Shown here in pieces: positions 39,388 through 57,300 of a stretch of DNA of 64,000 nucleotides. Made by a program: the position numbers and the translations under genes. The notes below the pieces were generated by a model. It saw only the letters and a program-made list of their open reading frames with translations, did no database searches and was not told the DNA's origin. The stretch covers positions 56,048,001-56,112,000 of the forward strand of contig CM060734.1 in the NCBI GenBank assembly GCA_030704615.1, written 5' to 3'. Within the stretch, counting starts at the first letter, position 1. Each line of letters starts with the position of its first letter. The stretch is from Takakia lepidozioides (Eukaryota; Plantae; Bryophyta).

Positions 39388-40339
39388 GGAGTAAAAGTGC
39401 CATCGTTGTAAGGCATGGAATTATAGTTGCAAAACTTTAGCATTAGGATCAATTCATTGTAACATGGCATCATTCACACATGTTTTTGCTCTCTGTTCCA
39501 AGAACTGCCCTACATTTTCCCTCATGGTATCTTCCATGATGCATGGTTTACACTATACACATATATTTTGGGTGATCTGGATGGTGGTGACTTCTGAAAT
39601 AGTCGGCATAGCCCTTGAATGCAGATGTGAAGTGCACATCTGAGTACCATATTACTTCACTCTGGTGGAGTCCAGCGAGCTAGATATGGATTGTCAAGGT
39701 TTGGACACCAGCAGCAATTTTTTTTAATCAACCTTTTTCAGTTCCCACCGTCTGCTTGGTCACTCAGTTGGCAGAGCATCGCTAGAGAGAAGTAACTTCC
39801 CTTTTCCAGTCGGACTGACTAGCAGAATTGTAGGCAACCTATAGGTAGACAACCGGCTCGAAACCAGGAGTTGGAAGGGGAACAGAAACCAAGTAGGCTC
39901 AAAAGAACACCACGAAACCATGAGCTTGGAAGGGAACAGAAAGCCCATGAGCTTGCAAGAGCTTGATACAACCAGATGCTTAGCCTCTTTCAAACTCACA
40001 TTTCAGAACCTAAAATTGTGTCCAAAACAATAGGGTAGTTTTCAACAGTTCAGAATCATGTCCTAGCTTCAACTGTGCAAGATCATTACGGGTGGGGCAT
40101 TGACCTAACCAAACCTTCAAACTGAGATCTGAATCTAGTACTGGACCGTGTATTCAATCTCACAGCATGTGCGGCGTCTAGTAGTTATGTGCATCTGGCC
40201 GACAATATCAACATGAGAGTCGATTTGAAGCCATAGTTCTCTAATTACTACTGGCCAGACGAAGTCATTCAGTTTTTCAGTCTGATACTGCTCCTTGTAA
40301 GCAGGTACCCATCATTTCGCAAAAGCTTGCAGTCTGAGT

Positions 40340-43500
<3,161 letters not shown>

Positions 43501-44301
43501 GGCAGACGAGAAGAATGGCCCAGGCCGCAAGGAGAAGCTCCCTTCAATCAGCAGGCTAGGTTATATCAGTCTCAATCTCTTGCTAATCTCTCACTCACTG
43601 ATCTATGCTGCCCTGCTCTTTCACGTACACACACTCCGCCCCAGGCAGTTGCTCACATCCCCTTATATATGCACACGCTTACCCAGCAGACTGGGAGGAC
43701 GTCGACTCAGCAAAGTTTGCAGAGCCCAAATAGTGTGGTGAGGCATTGACCTGCGGCCCTGCGCTGCCAGATCACACTCTTATTTTGCTGCAAATCGTTC
43801 GTGACTCATCAGCGGCAACACAATCTTATTTGGTTAGGGTCCACGTTCCTGTTTTGGGTATTACAGTGGGGCCCTGCCCTGCATGCAGAGCCCTCAGAGT
43901 AGTGACTAGTGAGTAACAAGTAGGGAGAGGCCATGCACAGCGAGGCCCTCCCTCGCTTAATATACTTGACAGCGGCGGGCCCGAGCCAGAAGGCACGCCT
44001 GCAGTCCCACCCTTCAATGAGTCTTGAAGTTATTATGAATGTGCTTTCTTTTAGTTTAGATTCTCTTCGTCTTGTTATGCAGATGCAGCTATTCTTTAGC
44101 TGCCTTGCTTTTGCTGCAATCTTCCCCCTTAGGATTGCAGCTTCTTCTCTGGTTCATGTAGCTTAGTTCCTGCTTTTCTCCCCCCTCTCTTTGATTTTCT
44201 GGTTCTGAGTGGTACCTCTGTAATCTGCCTTCATGGCTCTTGTAAGGTTATTTTTTCCTTGCCTTAAATAAGGTTTCCAGGGCTACAATGCCCCTGTTCT
44301 A

Positions 44302-46579
44302 TTTTTTTTTTAAATGTGCTTAAATGTATATATTATTTTGGTTTTCTTAGAAACAGCCTGGGACGGCTGAAACTTTATTATAAGATTATTGAAGGGAAAA
44401 AAATTAAACCCCTCGAGTGCCCTCAGGCTGCCATAAGGCTTGTTCTCAAGACAGGTCGTGCTGGATAACTCACGAACGGTGACTGAGAATAGATGGACAC
44501 CATGGAAACTTAAATTCGACGCCATTAAAACTGGGAGGCCAGACTGCCTCAAGAATACCCAGCGCTACCTTGTGAGGACGCTGCAATACGGATGAACGAA
44601 TGACACAATGCGGGAGCCTTTAGCGGCGAAGAAGAGGGCCAGCAAAAGCCCTAACAAGTGATGAGGACAAAGAGTGGACAGAACGGAAGGACGGAGAACC
44701 CCTCACAAGGAGGGCCGATTGAGCTGGGTAGCAAGAACTGGGAGGGAGGAGCGAGAAGGGGTGGAGAGGGGACATCCAGAGAGTTGAAACACAGGGATGA
44801 AGCTACATAGCGGAGTATAAAAGACGGAGAAACTATGTATGGAAGTGGAGCCAGCTTGTTGCTAAAGAAGACGACCTGATGTGCTTGCAATTGACCTCAG
44901 ATCTTTCAAATTCTGGGGAAGCCAAAAAGGTGGGTTGTGTGTCCCTACCAGCATGAGGGGATTCTCATGTCCGCCCAAACACAAGAGAGATCATGAGCGT
45001 AGCTACAAACGATCCCATGCTTACCCCACGTTGCTCGGAATGCAAGGAGGAGGGAAGGCTGGCACTCTGGTTTCCTGGCGACCTTTGCACACAATAAGGC
45101 CCAGACTTTCTTAGTAGCCATAGTAAAATGGGAGTAAAATCAAAGGAAACTAACGTAAGGAGAGCTGTAGCATAGGTGTTTTCGTTATTGACGGCCCATG
45201 CATAACGCCCCTTCCATTGATTCCAGAGCACATAACTTCTAAGAGTCTCAAAAACAGGGTAGTCAGAAGCCTTCGATTTCTCCCTGTGATTGTACTTGAG
45301 GAGGATAGCCACGGAGCTGAAAGGCATCTAGAACCCTTGGACCAAGGGCCAGATGGCTCTAGGTGCCAGACAATGGAGGAGACAGTACTCCAGGGATTCT
45401 ATGGTTTGATTGGAACAGCATTGGCATAATAGTACCTCACAAAAGTTTAAATATTGGCCCACCTTAAGAACCCTGTTAGCCACCTGCCAGAGAAAATGCT
45501 CTTATCTTTGCTGGTTTTGATTTTTCCCACAACAGTGACTAGATCCATTTCCAGTTTTTGTCTCTGAAGTTTTCATGCTCCCATTTGTCATGACTCATTC
45601 CATTTCACGGTTAGGGGACTGGCCCCCATAAATGCCCTGTAACCCCTCTTGGCTGAGTAGGAAAAAAAAAAGGGTAGAGGTCAATGTCACCGAATGCCCA
45701 CTTCCATTCCACTGGGTCAAGTTGCAAGGATGAGATGTTAGAGCCTCCAATCAGAGTGAAACTTCCTTGCTTCAGCCAGGAAAGAAGTGACGTCCCAATG
45801 GGGGCAGTGGGGTTGAAAAGCTTTTAGGGGTGGACCAGTGACAGATACGAGCAGGGGCGGCAGTGGCAGATGGGAGAGTTACAGTATGCGGGGTGATGAG
45901 AGTGAGAAAGCTCGAGAGAGCATCCGTCTGATACTGAATGAGTGACCTCCGAAATGTAAGGACCTGTAGGGAGGGGGAATTCGGAGGAACCCATTGGTGG
46001 GGTTTGAACCGGGCACGGCCATCTCTAAGCAACAGTTTCCAGGAATCAGGGATGGACTGGATGATGTGGGATATACCAGAGCGGAGACGGGCAAGCGCCC
46101 AAAGCAAGTTGAAAGGAGTTTGGAGTGTTGTCCCATAAATATTTGACAGTAGAGGTTCTTCTACTCTCTGAGGCTGGCCATTTTTTAGCGGAACTTTGTT
46201 GTGTCATTGATGGGCTTGGTGCATTGAGAAACAGGTGTTGCCTCAATGTTTCCTGAAATGGGGTAGGATCTTGTTTTCTTACGAAGGGTCTGAGGCAGTT
46301 CCACGCTCTCCAAATGGAAGACCAAAGAAGCGAGCCCGAGGATTTACGATTAAATCCTTGAACAATCCCGCGACATGATGTAGGCCAGACAATATGTTGC
46401 AGGGGGGAGGAGGAGAAAATGGTAGGGGTAACCATAAGCTTCACCAGCCCCCTTCAGGCCAAGGTATCTTGGCAGCCATTTCCCTAGCAGTGCCTTGATC
46501 TAGGTCTCAGGGTCAAGGACTCCCAAACCACCCAACTTTTTGGGGAGGCAGATCTGAACCCATGAGACTGAGGTCTCTT
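44302..46579 (-). mobile_element. Degenerate L1/Tx1-like LINE, 3' part of ORF2 plus 3' UTR
   Basis: Minus-strand VSWVQICLPKKLGGLGVLD (~46520-46570), SLLWSSIWRAW, a downstream Cys/His region and an A-run at 44302-44311. Confidence 0.75.
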
Positions 46580-47699
46580 CACTACAACATGATGCGGGAT
46601 TTTTGACTGTCTGTTTTACTGCCAAAATAGGAACGTGATGATTGTAGAATATGCAGATTGGGACAATTTTGGATCTCTTGCTGACATTTTAGGTGCATCA
46701 ATTGTTATAAAACAATTGTAACCAAACTTTGCACGGTTTAATTATCGACTGTTTAGTCGAATTTTGACACTATGGTCTTCTTTTGTAGTGATCTATGCAT
46801 AATTATTGCATGTACTACTGAGTGATTTTGATAATTACAATGAGATATTCATCCACTGTAGGTAGTTATGTGTTTCACCCAATGTTGGTGGTCAAACTTT
46901 CACTATTTTCTTCCCACTATGAAGTTCATTTTCAGTGAGACTTTTCTTTAATCATAGTGAAATGTTATGTGTCTACATTAGACAATGAAATGTTCAACTA
47001 CTCCATTTCACTATGTAGTGCTATATATAACTATAATTGTACACATCATAGTTAGAATTTACACTATCAGTGTTATTCTTAACCACACGATTGTGGCAAA
47101 TGGACGTATATAAGGTCAAAATAAAATAAAATAAAGAAAGAAAAACTTAGACCAACAGTATTTGCAGGTGTTGGGATCCACGATCGTTGACGATCGTGGT
47201 AGCACTACCTTCTGGAGTGTTGTGTTTTGTTCAGATTTGTTTGCACTGTTACTGGAAAAAGTGAGTCTTCATGGACCTACAACTTTTCTGTCAGTCTACT
47301 TATAGTCCATCATGTCTGTTGTTTCTGCAACAGATATGTTCGGAATGTTTTCATCCTTGAAAAAGTTTGGAATGTCATTCTTGATTTCTTGATATTTGGT
47401 CCCACCCTAGGAATCGACGTACAATATTTATAGCGGATAATTTGCGGGACTGGAGTCATGTACATGTAGATGGTACCTGCAATGACTGTCCCCCCCTCCA
47501 CGAGTTGATCTAAAAGAATCATTATGACAACGTTGCCGATCTTGCACCACTCAGTGATCGGGAAATTCATGAGCGCAACATACAAGCATTGGCCGCGCGT
47601 GAGTTTATCAAACATGACACTCCATAGAATACCAAAAAGGACAAGCGAAATTTAAAAGAGAATGAGACCGAGTAGCTTGTGGCCCAACAATCTACCCCT

Positions 47700-48250
47700 C
47701 AACGGTCGGGCCACAATAAGACTGATGCCCAGAAAGAAAATTGATTACCTCGGCTAGTGGAGCGTTCATACAATGTCCGCCCCACCCTTTGAGAGTCATT
47801 TTGCCAAGCCAACAGAAGCTTGTCAACGAGAGCTTCCTCGCCATGGTGGAGACTCGACATGGTTCTTACACGGCACTCTTTCGCCGATGGGGAACACTCT
47901 AGCTCACTCTGGTGTGTTCTACATACTCCATTAATTGACCAGTTAGGTTTGTCTTTGCTGGATAGTTCTATTGCTAGCATCTTTGTAAAATGTAACCTCG
48001 TGATTCGTTGGTTTTTATTTTTTTCCAAATTAAGGACCATCGTGCAGGGTGAACGGTGTGGAGAAGAAGTTTGCGCTATAACTTGTCATTGTCGATATTG
48101 CAGATGGGCAGCTGGTTCCTAATTTTTCCCCATTGATGGTGCATCAACTTAGAATGCTTATGATATTTGATATTGGTCTTGGATATTGGTTCTGCACCTA
48201 CTTTCTTGTAGATGACGTAACTTTGGTGCTAATCTAGTTAGCTTTCTTTG
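47700..48250 (-). pseudogene. Possible decayed piggyBac-like transposase C-terminus
   Basis: ITRLHFTKMLAIEL followed by H...CRV resembles the post-catalytic helix and the start of the Cys-rich domain; heavily broken. Confidence 0.25.
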
Positions 48251-49141
48251 AGTCCCTTCGGGAGTTTGCAACTTACATCAAAACAAGCTCATGGGGCTAG
48301 GCTCACATTCTAGCATTCCCCATCAATCGAACCTCAAGAATCAAGAATCAAACCCTTTGTCGCATGTGTTGCAATCATTTATCCAACACGCTACTCACCA
48401 CTGCATGATACCCAGTTGGATTCTTAAGTATTTAATAGTGAAACCGAGGTAAGAGGGTGTGGGGGGGATTTGACAGGGGCCTTGCCGGGGGAGCCTAGAC
48501 TATCAAAATCCGGCGGAACCATAAGATGGCATGAGTGCATTAAGTTCTTACCGTATTTCTAGTGTCCTCCAAAATCATGTCTGAAATATCTGATTGTCAA
48601 CAATTGTCCAACTGAATGTCATAAAATCTATGTACAGTTTTTTGACAAAACACTGATAGGTACAATTTGACATCGTTCTTGACAGTTTGTTGTACATTAA
48701 AATGTCACTAACATAGTAAACCACAAAGTCTATTGAATTTGACGTTGTTTTGACATGCAATTGATTAAAAACAAATATAAAAAATCACTCATTTCCTACT
48801 AGTGCCTGTTTCTTTGGAGCGTGGAGAAAGAGGTAGTCACCTTGAGGATGACCAAGTGGATTGGGTCTTGGAAGGCTGATCATGGCGCCGGAAGTGAGTG
48901 CATCACTTCCAGTGTGATATGAATCAATCTTGAGCAATTGACACATAGATTGCAGGGCCCACTGCAGTTCATTGTCAGACTATTGGTATGTTCTCAAGTG
49001 CCGTGAAGGAGCCGCTCAACTAGCTACTCTAATACTCTTAACCCTTAGACGACGTATAAATTTCTGTACCCGAAATAAAATCTGACATAAATGATTTGCA
49101 AGATAAAGATTGATTGAGTTAATATGCTATATGTAGGATAA

Positions 49142-52100
49142 CTAGATCACAAGCCTGTTGGCAGCTACTTTCTCTTCACGTGCTTTGTTGGTAGCTGGAC
49201 CTGTCTTGCCAGACCGTTTGTAGTCTCTGATCTGCAACCACATTGCGCAAAGGTCATGTTACAAAGTAGATTTCGAAGACATATCCAAAGCATTACTTGC
49301 AAGATTTGTCTCGGTTTTCACAGATGTTTCCATCTAATCGTCATGTTGAGGAAAGTCAATTGTACACAGTAGCATCGTCTAATTGATCTGTTCACTCACC
49401 AATTTGGCATAGTACTTCTGAGCATGGGTTCTGACTTGAGTGGAGCTGCGTGTGCCAACGAACTTTGCAATGGCAGCAAAGTCTGTCCCGAATCTGAGAA
49501 AGAGATGCACATGAGGACATGTGTTGTATATATGTATATGACGTTATAACTTAATATGTATGATCAGTGTAGGCTCCGTGCTAAGTTCTTTCAGCTACCC
49601 ACCTCAATATTCGATGCATCTGCTCAAGATGATAAATGTCAGAGTTTTCATAAGTAGTACTCACGTCTTCAAAGCCTTTTTGAATCTTTGACGTTCTTCA
49701 TTGGTCCAATATCGGCTCTCAGAAACCTACACATGTACATAGATTTATCCAAGTTGGATGCCATGCTCAACTTCCTACTAGTATATATCAGTGTTGGACT
49801 GGTATATAGGATTAGAGCCCTGGATATCAATCTGGGTATCAACTAGGGTATTAAAGAACTCACCCGGCTGGTATCTACTTTTGTAATACTAGGGTTAAGA
49901 ACTAGAACCCTGGTATTGGTATTGACAAAGGCACAATACCCGTTTTAGGGATAAAAAGAAGACAATGCACGTGGTATTAGTATCAGACAATGTTGGGCAG
50001 CCCCACATCTAGCCCACCACCTGCTCTTTACTATTTCACCCAACATGCCATACCTTGAAGACCTTGTCTCTCCTTGATCAAGAGTTATTGTTCAAACACA
50101 AATATGATGGATGAGAAGAATCTATGCATTGCAGATTTGGCCATCTTGAACCAAGAGACTAGGAACTAGTTTTCCTAACTCATTGCACTTGATTTGACAA
50201 AATATGCATATGTAATGCAAAGGGCTTTTGCAACATTTTTATTTTCTTTGGAGAACGAGGTATACTTATAAATTGGCCCCATATTGAGGCTACCACTTTA
50301 AGTTAAATTAAATTAAATTATTTATACCCAGGTTGGTTATTACAATTGGAAAACCATTGGTTGATAATCGTGGGCAAATTCAAAATCCTGCATCTATTGA
50401 GAAGCGACGGATATTAGAATTTTGGGAGTATTCTAAATCTGACAATATATTGAAAAGTAAATATATTTCAATACCAAGACCCAGCTCGCCCATCATTTGG
50501 TATATACGACTGTTTAGAGTATCCAAATGTACTGGTGGTGGTCTGCAGTGTTCGATGAGCGATGGACATCAACAACTTATCCGGACATGTCCGGATAACA
50601 TACATGAGTCCATTCTTGGATCTGAAAGGAAGATTGACATCCTCAGGTTTTGCATATGGATTCTAGGTGTCGAGTGCAGTTTGAACGATCATAGCAAAGT
50701 GTGATGGACATCAAGATATCAGCTGGAAAATCCTCTTTCACCCTCCCAAATTAAAATGAATCAGAAGAAGGCTCTTTATAATGTCACGCTTGATTATCAT
50801 ATGAATGAGCTACATTATTATCTTTCCAAACGGATTTAAAAGTGAATGTGCATTATAAGTAGAGGCGCAGCCGAGAGTGTGAGTGAAGCTCAATTGATAG
50901 ACTTACTTTACTTTCAGGAGAGGCCGTTTCACGATGTTCTTGTGCTTTCAAAACTAGGATCTGGTGATCAGAGCATCACATACAACACGTCAGTAAACTT
51001 AATGGCTTAAGCTCCGCAATACATCATAGAAAGTAATCGATTTTGGAACCGAGATATAGGACGATCTAAGGAAATTTTTAGAAAAACGGTGATTTCAAGC
51101 ATGTCTTCTTGAGGTCTCGTCTATCAGTAGATTTTTTCAGTACTTAAAGTCTACTGCCAAGAATGTACCTCAAGTCTGACATATAAAAAGGGGTTAAAAA
51201 CGTCGAAGATGATAAATTGATGTAAACATCTGGAGATAGGTAGGGCCATAGCTACCAGACAGTTGAATTAAGTGGTCCGAACTATTAGTGCAATAATCTA
51301 AAGGTGCCCGAACTACAACTAACTAGGTCTCATGGATTCATATTGTATCCTAATTAGTTTGCATGATCCAGCAAAAGAAATAGCATCAGGGAGGTCACTT
51401 GAAAAATCGGGCACCCGCGGCATGCATTGTACTCGCATTGTATTCATTCTAGCTCCCTCTAGAGCTGGAAGGATCATCATTCCTTCTCAGTTTTTTGAAG
51501 AGCAACAATGATGTGGTCGTGGACAGAATTATTTGCACCACCGTGCAAAGGTAAAGTGAAACTGTATCGCGACACCCGATGCATTCAGTCGTAAATAAGA
51601 AAATCGATCTGTGGGATCATCAATCTTTCTCCAACACATGCATCGCACCGACTGTGACTAGATACCCGGCGATATCTACTATAGTCAAGACTTCGATTTT
51701 CTTAGCGTGCTAGTAGCTTGCTGGAACTTCAATAATTTGACCCGAGACTGCCAACACTACAGTGGCTTAATCGCTACTGCATGTACATGATAATAATCTT
51801 AAGATATTTACACATGTAGATAATTAATGGCTTCAGGCAGACTTTGATTCTATCGCAGTCCCCATGACTGATCAACTGATTAGAAATTCAGTATAATCTC
51901 TTGAATTCTCACATTGACCCACATCAGTCAAATGTTGAAAATGCAAATATGTAATAGAAGTGCACATATTTGACAGTTTCTGAAAGTTCCTCAAGAGGTA
52001 TCCTCTTTAGATTTTTCAAAGCAAAAGGCTAATGTTCATGCTGTTCAATTTCATTAAACTGCTTGAAGCTCTAGCAGCTTGCCATTGTGTTATCCCTTGA

Positions 52101-52620
52101 TCCATTGATCTTTCACTACTTCTTTAAATTCATGTTTACAAACACTTCGATCGATTGAATGGTCTTAAAGGTGACAAGTTCCTGGATAACATGATCGTTA
52201 CTGCTGTGTTACTCGATTAATATTGACATTTCAGCATGTCACTAAATCAAACCTTGTCAAGGGACCGACGTTTAATTCGCTGAAATTTCTCAACGTGGCA
52301 GGGGTTCCAGTGATATTCAATAAATGACAAGTTAGCCATGAATACATGTATGCAGTATACACTTCATATATCGTGCGAGCTCAATTGGTTCAATGAGCAC
52401 TGGTGCAAGTACCGATCATTAACTTCTATCATCCCAGTAAACATGTCTACAGGATTTTCAGAACAAAGGTGACCTTCTGCTTGGCTTGTTCCAGTTCTTT
52501 TTCAAGATGCTCCAGTTGTTGTAGCCCCAAAGTGTCCATGTTTTGCAGATAACGCTCTGGCACAGTGCTTTTTGCCGACCTAGCGGAAGGTGCTGTCAGC
52601 ATCATCCCACACTTTTCCAT
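49142..52620 (-). CDS. Small single-repeat Myb (SHAQKY-class) protein with N-terminal coiled coil; predicted exons 52620-52474, 50960-50907, 49726-49665, 49493-49400, 49231-49142; ~148 aa
   Basis: Manual splicing gives ...LQQLEHLEKELEQAKQK-ILVLKAQEHRETASPESK-VSESRYWTNEERQRFKKALKT-FGTDFAAIAKFVGTRSSTQVRTHAQKYYAKL-IRDYKRSG... with GT-AG sites in compatible phases. The Myb exons are firm; the first and last exons are less certain. Confidence 0.8.
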
Positions 52621-54110
52621 CTGAAATATTTGTTTGAATTGAACCTTCCAAATCTTATTAAGATTCAAGTTTCGATGGATGTGTAAATAGGTCTTTGGAT
52701 TAGCCGTGCGTTGGTGATCCGTAAGGGGTGAAGACTTACCCACAGCTGGTTTTGTTTGAAACCCCTCCTCTACAGCCTACTTTCCCCTGAAATTCGATCC
52801 ACGAGAACTTTGTTACAGCCGGGTGTCTCATGTGAATATACAGATGGGAGCACCTATTGATTAAAAAGAGAAGACACATGAAGATCGCTTGACCCGTATA
52901 GTTGGAGACTGAGAGACTCAGAAGAGAAAGGGGAAGATATCAGAGAAGGAAATAGAGTCTAGAGCTATCAAGGACACTTATTATCCCAACGTACTGAGTC
53001 GAGAACGCCTGGAGCAGCACAAAGACAGAACGGAGCTTTACTTGTAACTCGGAGACAGAATGAAAGAGGATGAGTGTAGAGACCAGCAGCGCCAAGTCAG
53101 TGAGGAAGAACGCAATAACGAGATGGAGGGGGCTTCTAGGAGGCAACAACCACCACCCTGAGATGCAGGCTTGCCATGGTCATAACTACCGCCATGTGTG
53201 CACATCTCCCCTTTCGGAATGCACGGCAAAGTCCCACAACTGCCCACCACCCCTCCTTCCCTTCCAGTGTTTTTAAATCTGGCAAAAAATCACCAGATTT
53301 CGACCTAGAATTTATGGGTCGGCTACCTTTATAAAGGAATTATGGGAGTAAAAATTAAAAAATTCGTCAGAAAGCGCCAATGGTTAAAATATCAGGAGCC
53401 AGATTTTTCCTACTTAGACATGTTATATGACACCTGTTATATAGCCACTTTTCTAACCCTGTCACTTCGTTATTGTCGCCATATGGGCACTGGGTAGAAT
53501 TTACATGTAGCCTTTGTGGCGATTTTGATAAAAACACTGTGAATCCCTTCCCACAACTCCGCTCTCTTTTTTCTCTTGCAAATTTGAATTTGAATTTGAA
53601 TTCCATGAGCGAGGCATGCCAAATCTTCCCCACCCTCTCTTGAGAGTGACATGGAACTGAAGGAGCATAAAGTCCAGTCGGGGTTACATTAGGTTACACA
53701 ACGACATGTGTAACTCCACTTGGGGTTACATTGGGTTACCCTAGGTTGATGTCAGAATTCGACACAAATTAATTATATTTTGGGTTGTTGGAAATTTTTA
53801 ATTAACTCAAGTGATATGTCTAAAAATCCAGAAATATTACATACCGTACTCAGCTCGTCCGAAAATAAGAAAATTTAGAAAATCTCAAAAAATCTACTAA
53901 AGGACAGAAATACATACTTGTGCTATATCTACTTTGGACACTGCCCAAATCAAATCTCCTCCAAGTTTGTAGGCTCCAGCTACCCTTGGCCTTTTCGAAG
54001 TTACATGGAGCTCTTGCAAATAGATTGGGATTTGGCATAAAGAGGATTCCAGCTTTCATAATACTAAAAAATATATATATTAATATTTACCAAGTACAAC
54101 AAGTTTTGGT

Positions 54111-57100
54111 CACTACAGGAAAAGGGGGCCTTTGCGACGCCCGCGCCACGCCGCAACGTCGGGAAAACGCCTTTTTCAGGCATGCGGGAGGTGCAGAATT
54201 TGCGACGCCCAGCAGTCGCAAGGGCGTCGCCAAAAAGACGTCGCAAAAATGCGACGTATGGGGGTAGCGAGCCCTTGCCCCAACTCCCGCGACTGTCGGA
54301 CGTCGGTTTTTCAGGCCGTCCGCGCCGATGGCAGGAGCCTCTTCGAGCGACGTCGCGGCCCTCCAGCCGACGGCGTTGGTGGGGGTGCCAGCACGGCGTC
54401 ACATCCCTTTTTTTTTTTTTCTAACCTGCCCGGGAGTCAGCCGGGTGGTACGCCAAGCGACTATTGGGCGTGGCACAAAACAACAGGAGTCGGTCTCCGC
54501 CACGCCCGGGCGTGGGTTGTTGCGACGCTCTGGCGTCGCTTTTGTTTTAAATATAATAATAATAAACGTGGCGCAGGCAGGGTGGCGGTCTCCGCGACGC
54601 CAGGGCGTCGCGGCTTGCGACCCCCGGACTAAAAAACACGTCGCATGGGGTGTCGGGCGTTGCCGCCAGCAAATGGGGTTTGCGACGCCCGACCATCGTT
54701 GCGTGCGACACCCGCCCAAAAAACACGTTGCCATTGGCGAGGTGTTGCAGTCGCGAGGGCAGCCTGGTGGGGGGGGGAGGGTTGGGGGTTCATTTTGGGG
54801 GTGAATTGGGGGTGGTTTTTTGTTTTTTTCCTGGTTCTGTATTGGGGATGGGAGAACTTACAGTTCTATTTCTCTGAGTTAGCAGGTACACAATTGAGCA
54901 AGCATGAATCGAGGGTGAGGACGGTGCGACACATGAATAAGATGGAAGATAGAAAGATGGAAATATATTTACAAGAAATGAGCTGAAAAGCTCACAAGGG
55001 TTCAGTAGACTGACCCTAGGACCTACATGGACTCGGACTAGTCATCCTCATCCTCATCCTCAGTGGATGACTCAGAGCTATCCGATGAGCCTGATGACTC
55101 CGCGCCCTTTGTCAGAGCACATAAATGAGGCGGCGTTCCCCTAAGTCCCACAGAGCTCTCATCTAATCCCTGGGCATGACCCTCGACCTCATCCATACTA
55201 GTGCCCTGTAGTGCACTCATCCCCTCTGTGTTGGCCATGTTCTTCATGAGGGATAGCCAACCATGCTCCTTGGCGTAGTTGTACTCTACCGGAGATGGCT
55301 TCCTCTCAAATGCGCGTTGCTACACATGCCACAAATTAAAGTCAGTTCTTCGTGATGATGGAGCCAGAAAGAAGACATAACAAAATCCATAGGGAAGTAC
55401 GACTTACAAATCGCAAGATAAAACCCTTGGATCCGCCGGCGCCCCACTTGTGTGTGGATTCGTGCTTGTCAAGGCGGACTATTGTTGCTTCGCGTGCCCG
55501 GTCAAATTTGGCCTTGTTTGCGGCATCAGTCTCTCCCGCAATGAGTGCATCCCACGATACTTATCCCCCCCCCAAAACAATTAGTGAATTACACACATAC
55601 GTTGCATCGAATCCACCTCATTAATGCACATGCGACAAATGGAAGGTGACATGATTCAGGATTTGCCAACCTGTGTAATTCCATAAGGTGGTTTGGGTAT
55701 GACCCCATTTTCCATCGCCCTCCGAATGATCTGTCTGGCACGGTACCTCCTGTCCTTCAAGTTTCGCCCCACCATCTCCATCACCCTTGTGTCACTCAAA
55801 TTGCCCGGAAACCGGCGGTCTAACTCACGGGCATACGCCCGCTTCGCGCCAAAGTGCTGATCAGCCCACTCGATTTGCAAAGGGAACCACCTCAATGCGA
55901 GTTCGAAGGCTGGCTTCTTCATAGCCTCCCGGAACGCACCGCAGGGGTCACCATGGCAATTCACCTCCACCGGTGGCACCACGATCTTTGCCAACTCCAC
56001 GTCCTGTATCGCCAAGGCCATCCCACCCTCTCCCTTCTTTGTAGCCTCCTTCCCCTGCTCCTTTGTTACCCCACTGCCCTCCCCCGCATGCACACTCACC
56101 CCTTCTCTCCATGGGACTTCCTTTTCTTCTTCTTCTTTTCCTTCCTCTTCTCCACGACCATCTCCTTCCCCTTCCCCGCTACTTCCTCTCTCTCATTCTC
56201 CCTCTCCCTTCTCTCTCTCTCCTCGGCAGCCCCTTCATTGATGGTAAAAGGGATCTCGGGAGATCGAGGCATCTTCTTCTTACCTTTGGTGTTCGGGTCC
56301 TTCATGAACACCACGTGCTCTCCCTCATTGGCAACCCCACTGGACTGCACCAATGAGGCCAGCCATGTTGCTGCCTCCTGAAGACAAATAACCCCTCCAA
56401 ATTCAAAAAAAGAAACAAACAACAAAGAAAATCATGCATGCAAAGGAAAGGATAAATCATGGAACAAGGTGCGACAGTTGTACCTTTGCAAGCTTGTCCG
56501 ACTCGCCCCTGGTGTCACCCGATGTGGGAGGAGTCCCCGTTTCCGGATGTGCCCGCTCTATCCCCTCCCGGAACGCCACTGGAAGTAGATTCCAGATGTG
56601 GAGCATAGCCGGCGGCGGCGCCCCGTAGTCCAGGCCCTTCTTTGCTGACCGCTCAGGCTCAGGGGGCGATGTCGCTGATCGGCTAGGCTGCTCCAAACCG
56701 GCCCATACCTCCTCCTCCCCCCCCCCCCCCCCAAATGCGTATCAGGGTAGAAGCCCTCACCCGACTTGACTTCTTCGAGGCGCTTCGCTATCTTGGCCAC
56801 TTCATTGGCCTTCCTCGTCTCCTCCTCCCTCATCGACAACAATGGGCTGGCAATGGAGGCTTTCAAAGGCCCTTGAACCTGATGTTGCCTTGGCAAGTGC
56901 AGCCTTTGCTGCGGAGGAAGGGGTCGCTATGGGGGTGACATCCAAAAGGTGCCCATACCGGGCCCCTGAACGGGTGATGTGCTTGCCAAGGTACATTTCA
57001 CCCGTCTTGGTGGCCGGGGGTGTGCTCAACTAAGCATCCGGCTCAGCAACAACCTCCCGAATAGGAGAGCTGGCTGAGCCGGCCCCTGGCGCATCCAAGA

Positions 57101-57300
57101 TGTGGACAAGAGGGGGGGTACTGGCCTCGGGGGGCAGACGAGCCCTCCGGCTGCGGCTGTCGACGGGGCTGGTTAGCCGTGAGACGCCCTGGCGCGTCAC
57201 ACGTGCCGGCAGAGCAAACAGATTGTCCGCCCCTTTCTTTGGGGCAGGGGACTTATTCTCTTTCCCCATAAGATGGCACCTGTCATGCAAACCCACAAGT
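54111..57300 (-). mobile_element. CACTA (En/Spm) element end with subterminal repeats and a spliced TnpA/Ptta-like gene; second terminus not found
   Basis: CACTACAGGAAAA at 54111, dense GCGACG/CGTCGC repeats at 54130-54760, and minus-strand ORFs at 55038-57296 (GDPCGAF...LDRRFPG...GRNLKDRRYR, acidic tail). Confidence 0.8.

Noticed and set aside
46580-46790. Complete mini-CACTA element (CACTACAAC...TTTTGTAGTG)
   Set aside because: Only 8 bp of the ends match and the flanking 3-mers (CTT versus ATC) do not form a TSD.
49038-51196. piggyBac element (TTAA-CCC...GGG-TTAA) capturing the Myb exons
   Set aside because: The inverted match does not extend beyond a few bases, so it is probably chance.
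54064-54986. Overlapping ORFs as genes
   Set aside because: They are by-products of GC-rich CACTA subterminal repeats.
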